The notes under the pieces were generated by a model. That model had not been told where the DNA came from and ran no database searches. It was given only the letters and a program-made list of their open reading frames with translations. 64,000 nt of DNA from Bacteroidales bacterium UBA3543. Its GTDB lineage: Bacteria > Bacteroidota > Bacteroidia > Bacteroidales > UBA932. Of the stretch, positions 17,314 through 28,466 are shown in pieces. The translations under genes were made by a program, and so were the position numbers. The number at the start of each line of letters is the position of its first letter. Position 1 is the stretch's first letter. The DNA is taken from the NCBI GenBank assembly GCA_002376715.1, contig DFOK01000110.1, positions 67-64,066 of the forward strand. Reading direction: 5' to 3'.

Positions 17314-18447
17314 GTGACCCGACAATTCTTCATAGGTTTTGTTTTTATTATATTGATGGCTTCGCTCTGCTCCTGTGAAAGCAGGAGCGGAGTAACAGCC
17401 GAAACGGAATGTTTCAAAGCCGACAGCGTCTATTACGCCAAAGGCTTTGAAATTTCCCGTTTTGATGATTGGATAATCGTGAATGTTCGCAATCCCTGGG
17501 ACACTCTCAAAACACTAAAACGCTATATTCTTGTGGAAAGGGACAAGCCCTTGCCTGACTCTCTTCCCGAAGGAGAAATTATCAGGACTCCGGTCGATAG
17601 GGCAGTATTTTATACCACAGTCCACTCATCAATGGTGGCACAAATGGGCCGTATTGATGCCATCAAAGGTATATGTGAAGTACAATATGTTACTGACAGC
17701 CTTATTCTCGAAAGAATAGCAGATGGCAGGATTGCAGATATCGGCCTTGCAACAGCTCCTAATACCGAAAAAATCATAGATCTCAATACGGAACTTATCA
17801 TTGCGTCACCTTTCGAAAACAGCGGCTACGGTGCAGCTGAAAAGATCGGCATTCCAATAGTGGAAGCGGCCGACTATATGGAGAGCCATCCGTTGGGACG
17901 GACTGAATGGGGCCGTTTCTATGGTCTCCTTTTTGGGGAGGGAGAGAAGGCGGATTCCATTTTTTTCGCAACAAGCAAGCGTTATAACCATCTCAAAGAA
18001 TTGGCGGCAAAGTCCACCTGCCGACCCCGTGTCCTGCTTGAGAGAAAATATGGGGCATCCTGGATAATTCCGGCAGGAGATAGTTATATTGGTACAATTC
18101 ATGCGGATGCCGGTGCCGATTACATTTTTAGTAATATCAAAGGCAATAAAAATGTATATCTCACTTTCGAAAGTGTTTTTGATAAAGCACATGACGCAGA
18201 TATATGGCTTTTCAAATATTTCACAAACAACGAGTTCACATATGAAGTTCTGAAAGACGAATATCTGCCTTATTCCAATTTCAAGCCTTTTAAAGAGAAG
18301 AATATTTACATCTGTCACACGACAAGAACCGGATATTATGATGATATAACACTTCATCCTGACCGTCTTCTGGAAGATCTGATATTCATTTACCATCCGG
18401 AACTTTTACCCGAATACACTCCGAGGTTCTATTTTCCTATGAAATAA
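17314..18447 (+). CDS. btuF: ABC transporter periplasmic substrate-binding lipoprotein (BtuF/FecB-like)
   Basis: 377 aa, GTG start, lipobox MASLCSC. Class-8 periplasmic-binding-protein layout within the B12 operon. Confidence 0.7.
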   Translation: MTRQFFIGFVFIILMASLCSCESRSGVTAETECFKADSVYYAKGFEISRFDDWIIVNVRNPWDTLKTLKRYILVERDKPLPDSLPEGEIIRTPVDRAVFYTTVHSSMVAQMGRIDAIKGICEVQYVTDSLILERIADGRIADIGLATAPNTEKIIDLNTELIIASPFENSGYGAAEKIGIPIVEAADYMESHPLGRTEWGRFYGLLFGEGEKADSIFFATSKRYNHLKELAAKSTCRPRVLLERKYGASWIIPAGDSYIGTIHADAGADYIFSNIKGNKNVYLTFESVFDKAHDADIWLFKYFTNNEFTYEVLKDEYLPYSNFKPFKEKNIYICHTTRTGYYDDITLHPDRLLEDLIFIYHPELLPEYTPRFYFPMK

Positions 18448-18448
18448 A

Positions 18449-19459
18449 ATGAAGGGACGCAGTAAAATCATTAATGTCTATATCGGCTTGGGAGTAACTC
18501 TGCTGTTGCTTTTCTGCGGTGGATTGCTCTATGGTGCCGTCAAGATACCGCTGCGATCAGTAATCCAAATCATTTTCGGAACATTTGAAGGAAGGCCGAC
18601 CTGGACACATATTGTGATACAATCGAGACTTCCCCAAACTATTACCGCCCTCTTTGCCGGAGCCTCGCTGGCGGTGAGCGGTCTTATGCTACAAACCCTC
18701 TTTCAAAATCCCCTTGCCGGCCCCTCAATCCTCGGCATAAGTGATGGTGCCTATCTGGGTGTAGCGCTTGTGATGATCTATTTCTCATTCACCACCTATC
18801 TCAGCACCATAGTGGCGGCATTTATAGGTGCAACAGTTGTTCTACTTATTATTATCGGATTCTCCCGAAAGGTCCGGAACAGCGTGATGCTACTCATTAT
18901 AGGTATAATGGTGGGGTATCTTGCCTCCTCGGTAATCTCCATCCTCAACTATTATGCTTCGGCAGACAAAGTACACCAGTTTGTGCTATGGGGAATGGGT
19001 GATTTCAGCGGGGTCTCAATAGAGAAACTCCCCTGGTTCGTGTTTTTTGCTATCGGTGGACTGATAGTATCTATTTTCCTGATAAAACCCCTAAATGCGT
19101 TGTTGCTCGGGGAATCTTATGCTGCCAATCTGGGAGTTCGTGTCAAGAGAGTTCGCGTAGCCATACTTATCTGCACAAGCATTCTTACCGCCGCCACAAC
19201 TGCCTTCTGCGGCCCAATTTCCTTCATAGGTCTGGCCGTACCTCACATTGCCCGACTGCTACTCGGAACCTCCAACCACAAACAGTTACTACCCATTACC
19301 CTGCTTGCAGGAGCTTGCGTTGCGCTTTTGTGCAATATGCTGACAGTGGTACCGGGCAGTAATGCAATACTTCCGCTCAATGCCGTCACTCCGATTATCG
19401 GCGCTCCCGTCATCATATATGTTATTGTTAACCGTAAGAATATCCAATATTTTAACTAA
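18449..19459 (+). CDS. btuC: FecCD-family ABC transporter permease (BtuC-like)
   Basis: 336 aa, polytopic. Motifs LAGPSILGIS and FIGLAVPHIARLL are typical of FecCD/BtuC permeases. Confidence 0.85.
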   Translation: MKGRSKIINVYIGLGVTLLLLFCGGLLYGAVKIPLRSVIQIIFGTFEGRPTWTHIVIQSRLPQTITALFAGASLAVSGLMLQTLFQNPLAGPSILGISDGAYLGVALVMIYFSFTTYLSTIVAAFIGATVVLLIIIGFSRKVRNSVMLLIIGIMVGYLASSVISILNYYASADKVHQFVLWGMGDFSGVSIEKLPWFVFFAIGGLIVSIFLIKPLNALLLGESYAANLGVRVKRVRVAILICTSILTAATTAFCGPISFIGLAVPHIARLLLGTSNHKQLLPITLLAGACVALLCNMLTVVPGSNAILPLNAVTPIIGAPVIIYVIVNRKNIQYFN

Positions 19460-19462
19460 GAG

Positions 19463-20494
19463 ATGAAAGAGCAGATCACCATATCGGCAACCGGACTGGC
19501 CATTGGATTTTCTCTGAGGGGCGGCAGGCACAAGGTTATCCACAACTCGCTTGACCTTTCGCTCCGTAGCGGTGAGGTGACATGCCTGCTCGGCCTCAAC
19601 GGTGCCGGTAAGTCCACTCTTATCAAGACCCTCTGTGGTTTCCTTCCCCCATTGGCAGGTGGTATAACAGTACTTGGAGCCCCGCTTAAAAGTTACTCTC
19701 ACGATCGTCTTTCCACTATTATCGGGGTGGTACTTACCGAAAAGACCTATGCCGGAGGTATTACCGTGTATGATCTGGTTTCGCTGGGCAGATATCCGCA
19801 TACAGGCATCTTCGGGCAACTAAAAGTGAGTGACCATGAGGCCATCTCAAAATCTCTTGAGGCTGTGGGCATTGCACATAAAGCTTCTTCATATATATCG
19901 GAACTAAGCGATGGAGAGCGCCAAAAGGTCTTTATAGCCAAAGTCCTGGCCCAGGAGTGCCCAATCATCATGCTTGACGAGCCTACCGCATTTCTGGATG
20001 TCACAAGCAGGATAGAGATAATGGTTCTTTTGCGCAAGCTTGCACGGGAACAACAGAAAAGTGTCTTGCTCTCCACCCACGACCTGGATTCCGCTATCCA
20101 ACTCGGTGACAAGCTCTGGCTTCAGGAGAGGGGTACAAAGGATAACCGTACCTCCTCACCGATGGTCTGCGGCACACCGGAGGATTTGATTCTCAGTGGA
20201 GTGCTGGAATCTTTCTTTAGCAAAAAGGGAGTGGTTTTCGACTCCTATTCGGGCAAAATTTCCCCTGTTCCTTCGGAAAATCCCGTCGGTATCGACGGAG
20301 AGGCACGGAGTGCTTTTTGGGTAGGAAATGCGCTAAAGCGCAAAGGATTTGCCCCTACTGTTCCCGCCGAAAACATTATTTCGGTGCAATGTATTTCTTC
20401 CACCGAATTCATCGTTTCATTCCCGGATGGGAAAAATATAAAAGCGAAATCTATCGAGGAGTTGCTGAATCTCTTTACCAAGTCATCTTCTTGA
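19463..20494 (+). CDS. btuD: ABC transporter ATP-binding protein (BtuD-like) with a ~90-aa C-terminal extension
   Basis: Walker A GLNGAGKST, signature LSDGERQ, Walker B IIMLDEP. Confidence 0.85.
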   Translation: MKEQITISATGLAIGFSLRGGRHKVIHNSLDLSLRSGEVTCLLGLNGAGKSTLIKTLCGFLPPLAGGITVLGAPLKSYSHDRLSTIIGVVLTEKTYAGGITVYDLVSLGRYPHTGIFGQLKVSDHEAISKSLEAVGIAHKASSYISELSDGERQKVFIAKVLAQECPIIMLDEPTAFLDVTSRIEIMVLLRKLAREQQKSVLLSTHDLDSAIQLGDKLWLQERGTKDNRTSSPMVCGTPEDLILSGVLESFFSKKGVVFDSYSGKISPVPSENPVGIDGEARSAFWVGNALKRKGFAPTVPAENIISVQCISSTEFIVSFPDGKNIKAKSIEELLNLFTKSSS

Positions 20495-23400
20495 CGACAC
20501 GGCAATCGAGACCCTGTTCGTAAAGCCAATCCACAAGCTCTCCATCTACCGATACTCTGAATTTGTTTGAATAGAGCGAAACTGTCTCTTTTTCTCCGTT
20601 ATGATTGAATGAAAGGTCGATAAATAGAGGCGTTTCCCCTTTATGGGCACGCAATTTCTTTGTCAGGGCCTTGCGAAAACCGGCATCCGACTGCTCCAGA
20701 TCCATAGATATATGGAATTCTTTGAAAAATTGCTCTTTTGCGTTGGAGAGAAGGGTCATATTGGCAATGAAGAGACGATATTCCGGCGCCTTCTTATTGT
20801 CTTCCGCTTCCTTACGGTAAAGTTCTTTCGTCACGCACTTGATCAACAAAGCAGTGTGATCCACCATGTAGTGCATATAAGCTTCATAGCTCCTACCCGA
20901 AAGAGAAAATGTATGGCTGCCATTGAAATCCTCTAAGGTGAATGTGCACCAGGGACGGTTCCCGGTACGGGTATATTTGATCTGCACATCGGTCACAAGA
21001 CCTCCTACCGTAAATTCTATATTCCGGAGTTTGGGATCCCTTGAGAGATTATCTTCTATACTGCGCATTTCGCTGAGTTCGACTGTCACCAAGTTATCAA
21101 ATTCAAATCTGAATTTGTCCAACGGATGGGAAGAGATATACATACCCACAAGCTCTTTCTCCTTTTTTAGAAGCTCTATCTCATCATATTCCTGAAGAGG
21201 CGGGATCTCGGGACGCACCGGCTTCATCTCTTCGATATCTCCGAAGAGTCCACCCTGCATCACACTATCGTTCTGATATTTATAAGTGTATTTCAGAAGT
21301 TCGTCAATAAAGGACTCATCCTTGTTGTTGAAAAGGGAATACTGCGTCCGGTGAATATCACCAAAAGAGTCAAAGGAGCCCGAATAGACGAGACACTCTA
21401 TTACTCTACGGTTGACAACACCCGAAGGAAGTCTTTCTACGAAATCGAATATATCGGTAAATGCGCCTCCACGCTCCCTTTCCGCGATAATTGCATCAAT
21501 GACATTGGTTCCCACACCTTTGATGCCGGCCATTCCGAAACGGATATTGCCCTTTTTGTTGACGGTAAATGTAGTACGACTCTCATTGATGTCGGGTCCG
21601 AGAACTTCGATTTTCATCCTTTTACAGTCATCCATCAGCTTGGTGATTTCCTCAATGTCGTTTAGGTTTTTGCTGAGGTTGGCGGCAAGGAACTGGGCAG
21701 GATAGTGTGCCTTGAGATAGCCCGTCTGGTAACCCAGCCAGGCATAACAGGTGGCGTGTGACTTGTTGAACGCATACTCTGCAAAACTCTTCCAGTCCTT
21801 CCAGATCTTTTCCAAAATCTCTTGCGGGTGGCCTTTGGCCAGAGCTCCCTCCATAAACTGATCGTAGAGCTTTTCCATCACGCTGAGTCTCTTTTTGCCC
21901 ATGGCACTGCGCAGAGTGTCGGCCATACCGGGAGTAAATCCTGCAAGTTCCTGGGAAAGACGCATCACCTGTTCCTGATATACCGTAACACCATAAGTAT
22001 CCTCAAGATATTCCTCCATCTCTTTCAGGTCGTATGTTATCTCCTGTTTTCCGTGTTTACGTGCTACAAAATCAGGGATATATTCCATAGGACCGGGACG
22101 ATAGAGTGCATTCATCGCAATCAGGTCCTCAAAACGGGTCGGATGCAGTTCGCGAAGCCATTTTTTCATGCCATCCGACTCAAACTGAAAGACTGCCGTA
22201 GTATTGCCCTTACTGAAAAGCTTGTAGGTAAGAGGATCGTCGATGGGAATGGCTTCGATGTCAAAAGGTTCATGGCCGCTCTCAACAATGTTGGACATCG
22301 TCTCTTTGATGATTGAAAGAGTCTTCAGGCCGAGAAAGTCCATCTTGAGCATACCCACCTGCTCGATATAGGAGCCTTCATATTGTGAAACCCAAATTTT
22401 CTCCTTGCTATCCTTATCCTCCTCCACTGTTATGGGAATTATGTTGGTAAGGTCTTCACGACCTATGATAAGGGCACAGGCGTGAACTCCGGTCTGGCGA
22501 ATGCTACCTTCAAGCTGTTGAGCATATTTAATCGTATTGCTCAAATTTTTATCCTCCGAATTAAGGGCATCTTTAAAGTCCTGTATTCTCTCCACACAGA
22601 GTTTTACGGTCGGAGGCACTTCTACCTTGACCAGCGACGTCGAATCAGTTTTGTCGTAAGCATCTATTTCAAAAGACCTCGGGACAAGTTTGCTCAGACG
22701 ATCGGCCTCCTGAAGAGGCACCTGTTCGATACGAGCAACATCCCTGATTGCACTTTTAGTAGCCATCGTACCGAATGTTATCACATGGGCAACATGATCT
22801 TTACCATATTTCTTCTCCACGTATTCGAATACCTTGGAACGTCCTTCGTCATCAAAATCTATGTCGATATCGGGCATAGAAATACGGTCTGGATTTAAGA
22901 AACGCTCAAACAGGAGATCATATTTGATGGGGTCGATATTGGTAATCTTTAGACAGTATGCCACTACGGATCCCGCAGCCGAACCACGTCCGGGACCCAC
23001 TGAAACACCCATTTTACGTGCTTCAGCTATGAAGTCCTGCACAATGAGGAAGTAGTCGGGATATCCCATCTTTTTGATGGTTTCCAACTCGTAATCAATT
23101 CTGTCGCGTATTTTTTGAGAAATCTCTTCTCCATAACGCATTTCCGCTCCTTTATAGGTAAGGTATCTCAGATATTCGTCCGAATCTTCATACTCTTCCG
23201 GGATTGGGAAATGGGGGAGTATCGGATCTGAGTCGATGGAATAGAGTACTACTTTGTCGGCAACTTCAAGAGTATTGGACAATACCTCCGGATGGTCGGG
23301 AAATAGTGCCGCCATCTCCTCTTTACTTTTGAAATACTCCTGTTGGGTATAACGCAGCCTGTCGGGATCATCCACATTATTATTGAATGTGAGACAAATA

Positions 23401-24089
23401 AGACGATCGTGTGCAGGCCCGTCCTCCTTGTCCACAAAATGGACATCATTGGTAGCAATCACCTTGATGTCGTGTTTTTTTGCCAACTCATAGAGAGCCT
23501 CGTTGACAATCTGCTGTTTTTCAAATGTCTCCTTCGGGGCTAGAGGCACATCGGTGGGATGGCTCTGAACCTCAAGATAATAGTCTTCACCGAAAATGGA
23601 TTTGTACCAGAGTACGGCTTCTTCGGCCGCCTCCATATTTCCTTCCATTATTCGTCTGGGTACCTCCCCGCCAAGACAGGCAGTAGTACAAATCAATCCC
23701 TCATGATATTTTTCAATCAATTCTCGGTCGATCCTCGGATGAAAATAAAATCCTTCGATATTGCCCAGAGAGCAGAGTTTGACCAAATTGTGGTATCCGG
23801 TAATATTTTTAGCCAAAAGAATCAGGTGATATGCCTTCTGGTCAATTTTTCCGCGGCGGGTATGTCTGTCCTCCAGTGCCACATAGACCTCACATCCGAC
23901 GATGGGTTTTACATCGGGATATTCGGCTGCCACCCTCAAAAACTCCTTGACACCATACATATAACCGTGATCGGTTAGTGCCAGGGCGGGCTGTCCATAC
24001 TTGCGTGCCTTTTGGAAAAGGGACTTGATGGGAGAGGCTCCGTCGAGAATGGAGTATTGCGAGTGGACGTGAAGGTGGACAAATGACAT
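20475..24089 (-). CDS. dnaE: DNA polymerase III subunit alpha
   Basis: 1204 aa. PHP domain start MSFVHLHVHSQYSILDG, plus the polymerase core and OB-fold regions. Confidence 0.95.
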   Translation of the reverse strand: MSFVHLHVHSQYSILDGASPIKSLFQKARKYGQPALALTDHGYMYGVKEFLRVAAEYPDVKPIVGCEVYVALEDRHTRRGKIDQKAYHLILLAKNITGYHNLVKLCSLGNIEGFYFHPRIDRELIEKYHEGLICTTACLGGEVPRRIMEGNMEAAEEAVLWYKSIFGEDYYLEVQSHPTDVPLAPKETFEKQQIVNEALYELAKKHDIKVIATNDVHFVDKEDGPAHDRLICLTFNNNVDDPDRLRYTQQEYFKSKEEMAALFPDHPEVLSNTLEVADKVVLYSIDSDPILPHFPIPEEYEDSDEYLRYLTYKGAEMRYGEEISQKIRDRIDYELETIKKMGYPDYFLIVQDFIAEARKMGVSVGPGRGSAAGSVVAYCLKITNIDPIKYDLLFERFLNPDRISMPDIDIDFDDEGRSKVFEYVEKKYGKDHVAHVITFGTMATKSAIRDVARIEQVPLQEADRLSKLVPRSFEIDAYDKTDSTSLVKVEVPPTVKLCVERIQDFKDALNSEDKNLSNTIKYAQQLEGSIRQTGVHACALIIGREDLTNIIPITVEEDKDSKEKIWVSQYEGSYIEQVGMLKMDFLGLKTLSIIKETMSNIVESGHEPFDIEAIPIDDPLTYKLFSKGNTTAVFQFESDGMKKWLRELHPTRFEDLIAMNALYRPGPMEYIPDFVARKHGKQEITYDLKEMEEYLEDTYGVTVYQEQVMRLSQELAGFTPGMADTLRSAMGKKRLSVMEKLYDQFMEGALAKGHPQEILEKIWKDWKSFAEYAFNKSHATCYAWLGYQTGYLKAHYPAQFLAANLSKNLNDIEEITKLMDDCKRMKIEVLGPDINESRTTFTVNKKGNIRFGMAGIKGVGTNVIDAIIAERERGGAFTDIFDFVERLPSGVVNRRVIECLVYSGSFDSFGDIHRTQYSLFNNKDESFIDELLKYTYKYQNDSVMQGGLFGDIEEMKPVRPEIPPLQEYDEIELLKKEKELVGMYISSHPLDKFRFEFDNLVTVELSEMRSIEDNLSRDPKLRNIEFTVGGLVTDVQIKYTRTGNRPWCTFTLEDFNGSHTFSLSGRSYEAYMHYMVDHTALLIKCVTKELYRKEAEDNKKAPEYRLFIANMTLLSNAKEQFFKEFHISMDLEQSDAGFRKALTKKLRAHKGETPLFIDLSFNHNGEKETVSLYSNKFRVSVDGELVDWLYEQGLDCRVVKKMTW

Positions 24090-24109
24090 TACAAAGGATT
24101 TCTATTAGT

Positions 24110-25633
24110 TTATATCTTTATGAGTGAACGGCCCGTCATTATCTCAGGCTGAGGGATTCCCATCAGTTTTAGCATGGTAGGGGCAATATCGGCCAGGATA
24201 CCGTCGCTGACCTCTTGCACATCATCATCTACCACTATAAAAGGCACTTTGTTGAGTGAATGGGCTGTATTGGGAGAGCCGTCTTCATTGACGACATTGT
24301 CGGCATTGCCGTGATCTGCAGTAATCAGGACAGAATATCCGGCCTTGCGTGCCGCTCTTACAACCTCGCCCACACAAGTATCGACAGTCCTTACCGCCTT
24401 CAGGATGGCATCATAGACACCCGTATGTCCCACCATATCTCCGTTGGCGAAGTTGAGTATCACCATATCGTGTTTACCTGTAGCGAGCTCGACTATCAGC
24501 GCATCCTTTACCTCCAATGCGCTCATCTCAGGCTTTAGATCATAGGTTGCCACTTTCGGGGAATTAATCAGTATGCGATCCTCTCCGGCGAACTCTTTTT
24601 CACGTCCGCCGTTAAAGAAAAATGTCACGTGTGCATATTTTTCCGTTTCAGCAATGCGAAGCTGACTCTTTCCGACAGAAGAAACCACCTCTCCGATAGT
24701 CTGGGGTACATTCTCCTTGTCGAAAAGGATATGAAGTTCCTGAAATTTATCATCATAAGGAGTCAGAGTGCAATAGTAGAGAGGGATGGTATGCATTCCG
24801 GCTTCGGGCATATCGGTCTGGGTGAGGACGTAGGTCATTTCACGGGCACGGTCATTTCTGAAATTGAAGAAAATGACTGCATCACCCTCCTCCAGGGTGG
24901 CTACCGGAGTCCCTTTTTCCGACACTATGGAGATGGGCTTTATAAATTCGTCAGTAACCTCTTCCCGATAGGATTCCTCAATGGCCTCAACAGCTGAAGT
25001 GGCCTTGCGACCTTTGCCACTCACAAGAAGATCATAGGCCTCCTTGATTCTTTCCCATCTCTTGTCCCTATCCATTGCGTAATAACGGCCCGCCACGGAG
25101 GCTATCTTACCGGTAGTGCGGGAAAGAACCTCCTCCAACTCGGCCACATAGCCTTTTCCGCTTCTAGGGTCGGTATCACGACCATCCATAAAACAGTGCA
25201 CGAATACTTTTTTCAAATCTGCATTGGCCGCTTCGCGTAAGAATTCATAGAGATGATTGAGAGAACTGTGTACCCCGCCGTGCGAGCAAAGTCCCATGAA
25301 ATGGAGTTGCTTGCCTGATTTTTTCACATATTCGTAAGCCGCCGCAATCTCCTTGTTTGACATCAGAGCATGTTCGCGACAAGCGATATTGATCTTCACG
25401 AGGTCTTGATATACCACACGACCGGCTCCGATATTCAGGTGTCCCACCTCGGAGTTACCCATCTGCCCATCGGGAAGACCCACATCCTCACCGCTCGCGC
25501 TCAGCTGCGAAAAAGGATATTTCGCTTTCAATGCATCAATTTCGGGTGTTCCGGCTGTATATATAGCATTAGAGTGATCTTGACGCCCTTCTCCCCAGCC
25601 ATCCATTATTATCAAGAGTACTTTTTTATTCAT
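24110..25633 (-). CDS. gpmI: 2,3-bisphosphoglycerate-independent phosphoglycerate mutase
   Basis: 507 aa, [21 protein letters not shown] and ADHGNAD motifs. Confidence 0.95.
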   Translation of the reverse strand: MNKKVLLIIMDGWGEGRQDHSNAIYTAGTPEIDALKAKYPFSQLSASGEDVGLPDGQMGNSEVGHLNIGAGRVVYQDLVKINIACREHALMSNKEIAAAYEYVKKSGKQLHFMGLCSHGGVHSSLNHLYEFLREAANADLKKVFVHCFMDGRDTDPRSGKGYVAELEEVLSRTTGKIASVAGRYYAMDRDKRWERIKEAYDLLVSGKGRKATSAVEAIEESYREEVTDEFIKPISIVSEKGTPVATLEEGDAVIFFNFRNDRAREMTYVLTQTDMPEAGMHTIPLYYCTLTPYDDKFQELHILFDKENVPQTIGEVVSSVGKSQLRIAETEKYAHVTFFFNGGREKEFAGEDRILINSPKVATYDLKPEMSALEVKDALIVELATGKHDMVILNFANGDMVGHTGVYDAILKAVRTVDTCVGEVVRAARKAGYSVLITADHGNADNVVNEDGSPNTAHSLNKVPFIVVDDDVQEVSDGILADIAPTMLKLMGIPQPEIMTGRSLIKI

Positions 25634-25705
25634 TATCTATTCAAATTTGTTAATTTTGTTACTACATTTTCCGTCCGAACGGAGGAATGGACAAAGTTAC
25701 GAATT

Positions 25706-27763
25706 ATGGCAACAAAGAGAAAGAAAAATGATTTCAGCGGGAGCAAATCTTCCAAAGGGAGTAAAAAGAGTACAAGAAAGATGCAGGATCCCGTAAAGGC
25801 ATCCGACAGGCGAAGCAAAAATAAAGTTGAGGCTGAAGGCATAATCAATCTCACCAGAGACGGATTCGGATTTGTAACTGTTGACGGTATTTCCAATGAT
25901 ATATTCATCCACATCAGCAAGATGCGGGGCGCCTTGCATGGTGACCGCGTCAAGATCCTTATTCCCAAGAATATAGACCCAAGAGTACGAAGGATTGAAG
26001 GCGAAGTAAAACACATAATAGAGCGTTCACGCAAGCCTCATATCGGAGTGCTGCACATAGTCGGAAAACAGGTTTGGGCCATAGTGGAGAGCCGCAATAT
26101 GCCCTACGACATCCGTATCCCCCTAGATAGCCTCGATGACTTGCCGGAAATGGGCGGCATCAAGGCGGCAAAAGGGATCAAGGTGGCTGTATTAGTAACC
26201 GACTGGCCGCGCCGAAGTCCTGACCCCATAGGGAAAATAGTGGATGTACTAGGAGTCCCGGGAGAAAATGATACCGAGATGCACTCCATCCTTGCACAAT
26301 ACAATCTCCCCTACCGTTTCGAACCGGAGGTGGAGAGTGCTGCCAACGCTATCTCAGATGTAATAACCGCCGATGAGATCGCTAAACGGTGGGACTATCG
26401 CTCCGTCACCACCTTTACCATTGACCCTTCGGATGCCAAGGACTTTGACGATGCACTCTCTATCAGAGAACTGGAAAAGGGAATATATGAGGTGGGAATC
26501 CACATCGCAGATGTGACTCACTATGTAACTCCCGATACTCCGGTGGACAAAGAAGCCTTCAATCGTGCCACTTCGGTCTATCTGGTGGACAGGACCATAC
26601 CGATGCTCCCCGAAAAACTCTCCAACAATCTCTGTTCACTGCGTCCGCACGAAGACAAACTCTGCTACTCGGTCATCTTTAAAATTGACGACAACGCAAA
26701 GGTGCTGGATGCCAAATTCGGACGCACCATCATCAACTCCGACCACAGATTTGATTACGAGCAGGTACAGGAGATCATCGAAGATATGCACGGACCTCTC
26801 TGCAAAGAGATACTCAAGCTCCACTCCATCGCAACAATCCTCCGCAGGAAACGTTTCGAACACGGCGCCATCAAGTTTGAACGTCCGGAAATGAAGGTAA
26901 TCGTGGACAAAGAGGGCAAACCGCTGGATGTTTGCCGCCAGGAGTCGGTAGAGAGCAACTGGCTTATAGAGGAATTCATGTTGCTGGCTAACCGTTATGT
27001 GGCTTTTCAAGTAGCCAGAAAATGCAAATCCGTAAACCCCACTTTTGTTTATCGTGTGCACGACAACCCCAATCCTGACAAACTCCTGGAGCTGCGCCGC
27101 TTTGCAAAGAATTTCGGTCACACTCTGGGCGATACCGACAACCCTAAAAACATCGCGAGAAGCCTCAACAAGCTTATGACCGGTATCAAAGATAAGCCTG
27201 AAGAGAATGCCATCGAGATGATGGCACTCCGCTCTATGTCACGTGCCGTCTATTCCACCGACAATATCGGCCACTATGGTCTGGCATTTCAGTTCTATAC
27301 CCATTTCACCTCTCCCATCAGGCGCTATCCCGATATGATGGTGCATCGTTTGCTGACCAAATACCTCAACGGAGCCAAATCTCAGGACAAAGCCTATTAT
27401 GAGGAGAATTGTAAATATTGCTCCGAGAGGGAACAGCTGGCTACCGATGCCGAGCGCGCCAGTATCAAGCTCAAACTTGTGGAATTTATGCAGGACAAGA
27501 TCGGGCAGGAGTTTGAAGGTACTGTCTCAGGTCTCACCGAGTGGGGTATGTATGTGGAAATCGAGCCTACCAAGATTGAGGGTATGGTCTCATTGAGGGA
27601 ATTTACCAAGGACTACATGGTCTTTGATGAGGAAAAATACCAGATTGTCGCCAAGGCCTCCGGCCGAAAATTCACCCTCGGAGACAAAGTCAAAGTGCGC
27701 GTTCTCCGCGCAAATCTCGAACAAAAGCTCATTGATTATGAACTGATTTGGGAGGAAGAATGA
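25706..27763 (+). CDS. rnr: Ribonuclease R
   Basis: ORF 25370..27763 runs antisense into gpmI. ATG at 25706 (MATKRKKNDF, basic N-terminus) is the plausible start. It has an RNB domain (HIADVTHYV, SPIRRYPD) and a C-terminal S1 domain. Confidence 0.9.
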   Translation: MATKRKKNDFSGSKSSKGSKKSTRKMQDPVKASDRRSKNKVEAEGIINLTRDGFGFVTVDGISNDIFIHISKMRGALHGDRVKILIPKNIDPRVRRIEGEVKHIIERSRKPHIGVLHIVGKQVWAIVESRNMPYDIRIPLDSLDDLPEMGGIKAAKGIKVAVLVTDWPRRSPDPIGKIVDVLGVPGENDTEMHSILAQYNLPYRFEPEVESAANAISDVITADEIAKRWDYRSVTTFTIDPSDAKDFDDALSIRELEKGIYEVGIHIADVTHYVTPDTPVDKEAFNRATSVYLVDRTIPMLPEKLSNNLCSLRPHEDKLCYSVIFKIDDNAKVLDAKFGRTIINSDHRFDYEQVQEIIEDMHGPLCKEILKLHSIATILRRKRFEHGAIKFERPEMKVIVDKEGKPLDVCRQESVESNWLIEEFMLLANRYVAFQVARKCKSVNPTFVYRVHDNPNPDKLLELRRFAKNFGHTLGDTDNPKNIARSLNKLMTGIKDKPEENAIEMMALRSMSRAVYSTDNIGHYGLAFQFYTHFTSPIRRYPDMMVHRLLTKYLNGAKSQDKAYYEENCKYCSEREQLATDAERASIKLKLVEFMQDKIGQEFEGTVSGLTEWGMYVEIEPTKIEGMVSLREFTKDYMVFDEEKYQIVAKASGRKFTLGDKVKVRVLRANLEQKLIDYELIWEEE

Positions 27764-28418
27764 ATAGCACCTGAGGTCTCTGTTGTTTAAGCATTCTGTT
27801 CAGTTCACGCTCTCTGCCGTCGCAAAGAGAGTTGAGCAGGGCGTGAAATTGGGGTCCGTGATTTTTATGAATTAAATGACACAATTCGTGAATAATCACG
27901 AAGTCGGCAAGCTCCGGAGTGAGCCGCATAAGGTGAATGTTAAGGCTGATATTTCCCGATTTTGAGCAACTGCCCCAGTTTGTGCGATTATTTCTTACCG
28001 TCACTTTACCGGGTTTGAAACCAAATTTGGCAGCGAGCAGCTCCACTCGCTGTGGAAGATATTTTTTGGCTTCAAAGCGAATTATCTTTAAAATAGCCTC
28101 TTCCGATATAATACCATCCGCAGAAGCTCTTTTGAGCCTCTCGGAAGAGATCTCTCCGGTAATCAATTTAAGGGGTTGGTCGGGAGTGATCCTGACTGCC
28201 TCCTCCTTCCTCTTTTTGCTTTGCTTTAGAAGCGTAGCCGCTATCCACTCCTCTTTCTCCTCAACAAAAGCGATTGCCCTCGAATAGCTGACCAACCATG
28301 GTACCGTTACCGAAATCCCGTTTATCGGGTGCACAGCCAGCCTCACTCTTTTCGACAGCCGGCTTTTTCTTATAATAATCTCACCAAGCCTCGGATGGAT
28401 ATATGTTTTTGATTTCAC
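27729..28418 (-). CDS. M48-family metallopeptidase, YgjP/DUF45-like
   Basis: HELCHLIHKNHGPQF zinc motif. The track start at 28439 is a TTG inside the repeat element; GTG at 28418 (KSKTYIHPRLGEIIIRKS) is more plausible. Confidence 0.75.
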   Translation of the reverse strand: MKSKTYIHPRLGEIIIRKSRLSKRVRLAVHPINGISVTVPWLVSYSRAIAFVEEKEEWIAATLLKQSKKRKEEAVRITPDQPLKLITGEISSERLKRASADGIISEEAILKIIRFEAKKYLPQRVELLAAKFGFKPGKVTVRNNRTNWGSCSKSGNISLNIHLMRLTPELADFVIIHELCHLIHKNHGPQFHALLNSLCDGRERELNRMLKQQRPQVLFILPPKSVHNQ

Positions 28419-28466
28419 TCTGCACCCAGTAACTCGCAACGCACCCGCACTACTACAGACTACCCA
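28419..28466. repeat. G-poor post-stop element
   Basis: cccagtaactcgcaacgcacccgcactactacagactacccac abuts the serpin stop codon at 28467-28469. Confidence 0.7.

Noticed and set aside
20475-20494. Convergent 3'-end overlaps: btuD/dnaE 20 nt, rnr/DUF45 35 nt at 27729-27763, pnuC/uvrC 47 nt at 52987-53033.
   Set aside because: Short convergent overlaps are common in compact bacterial genomes. Nothing in the sequences suggests a specific antisense regulatory feature.
25370-25705. N-terminal 112-codon extension of the RNase R ORF.
   Set aside because: It runs antisense through the 5' end of gpmI. The basic MATKRKK start at 25706, just past the gpmI start codon, is the natural initiation site.
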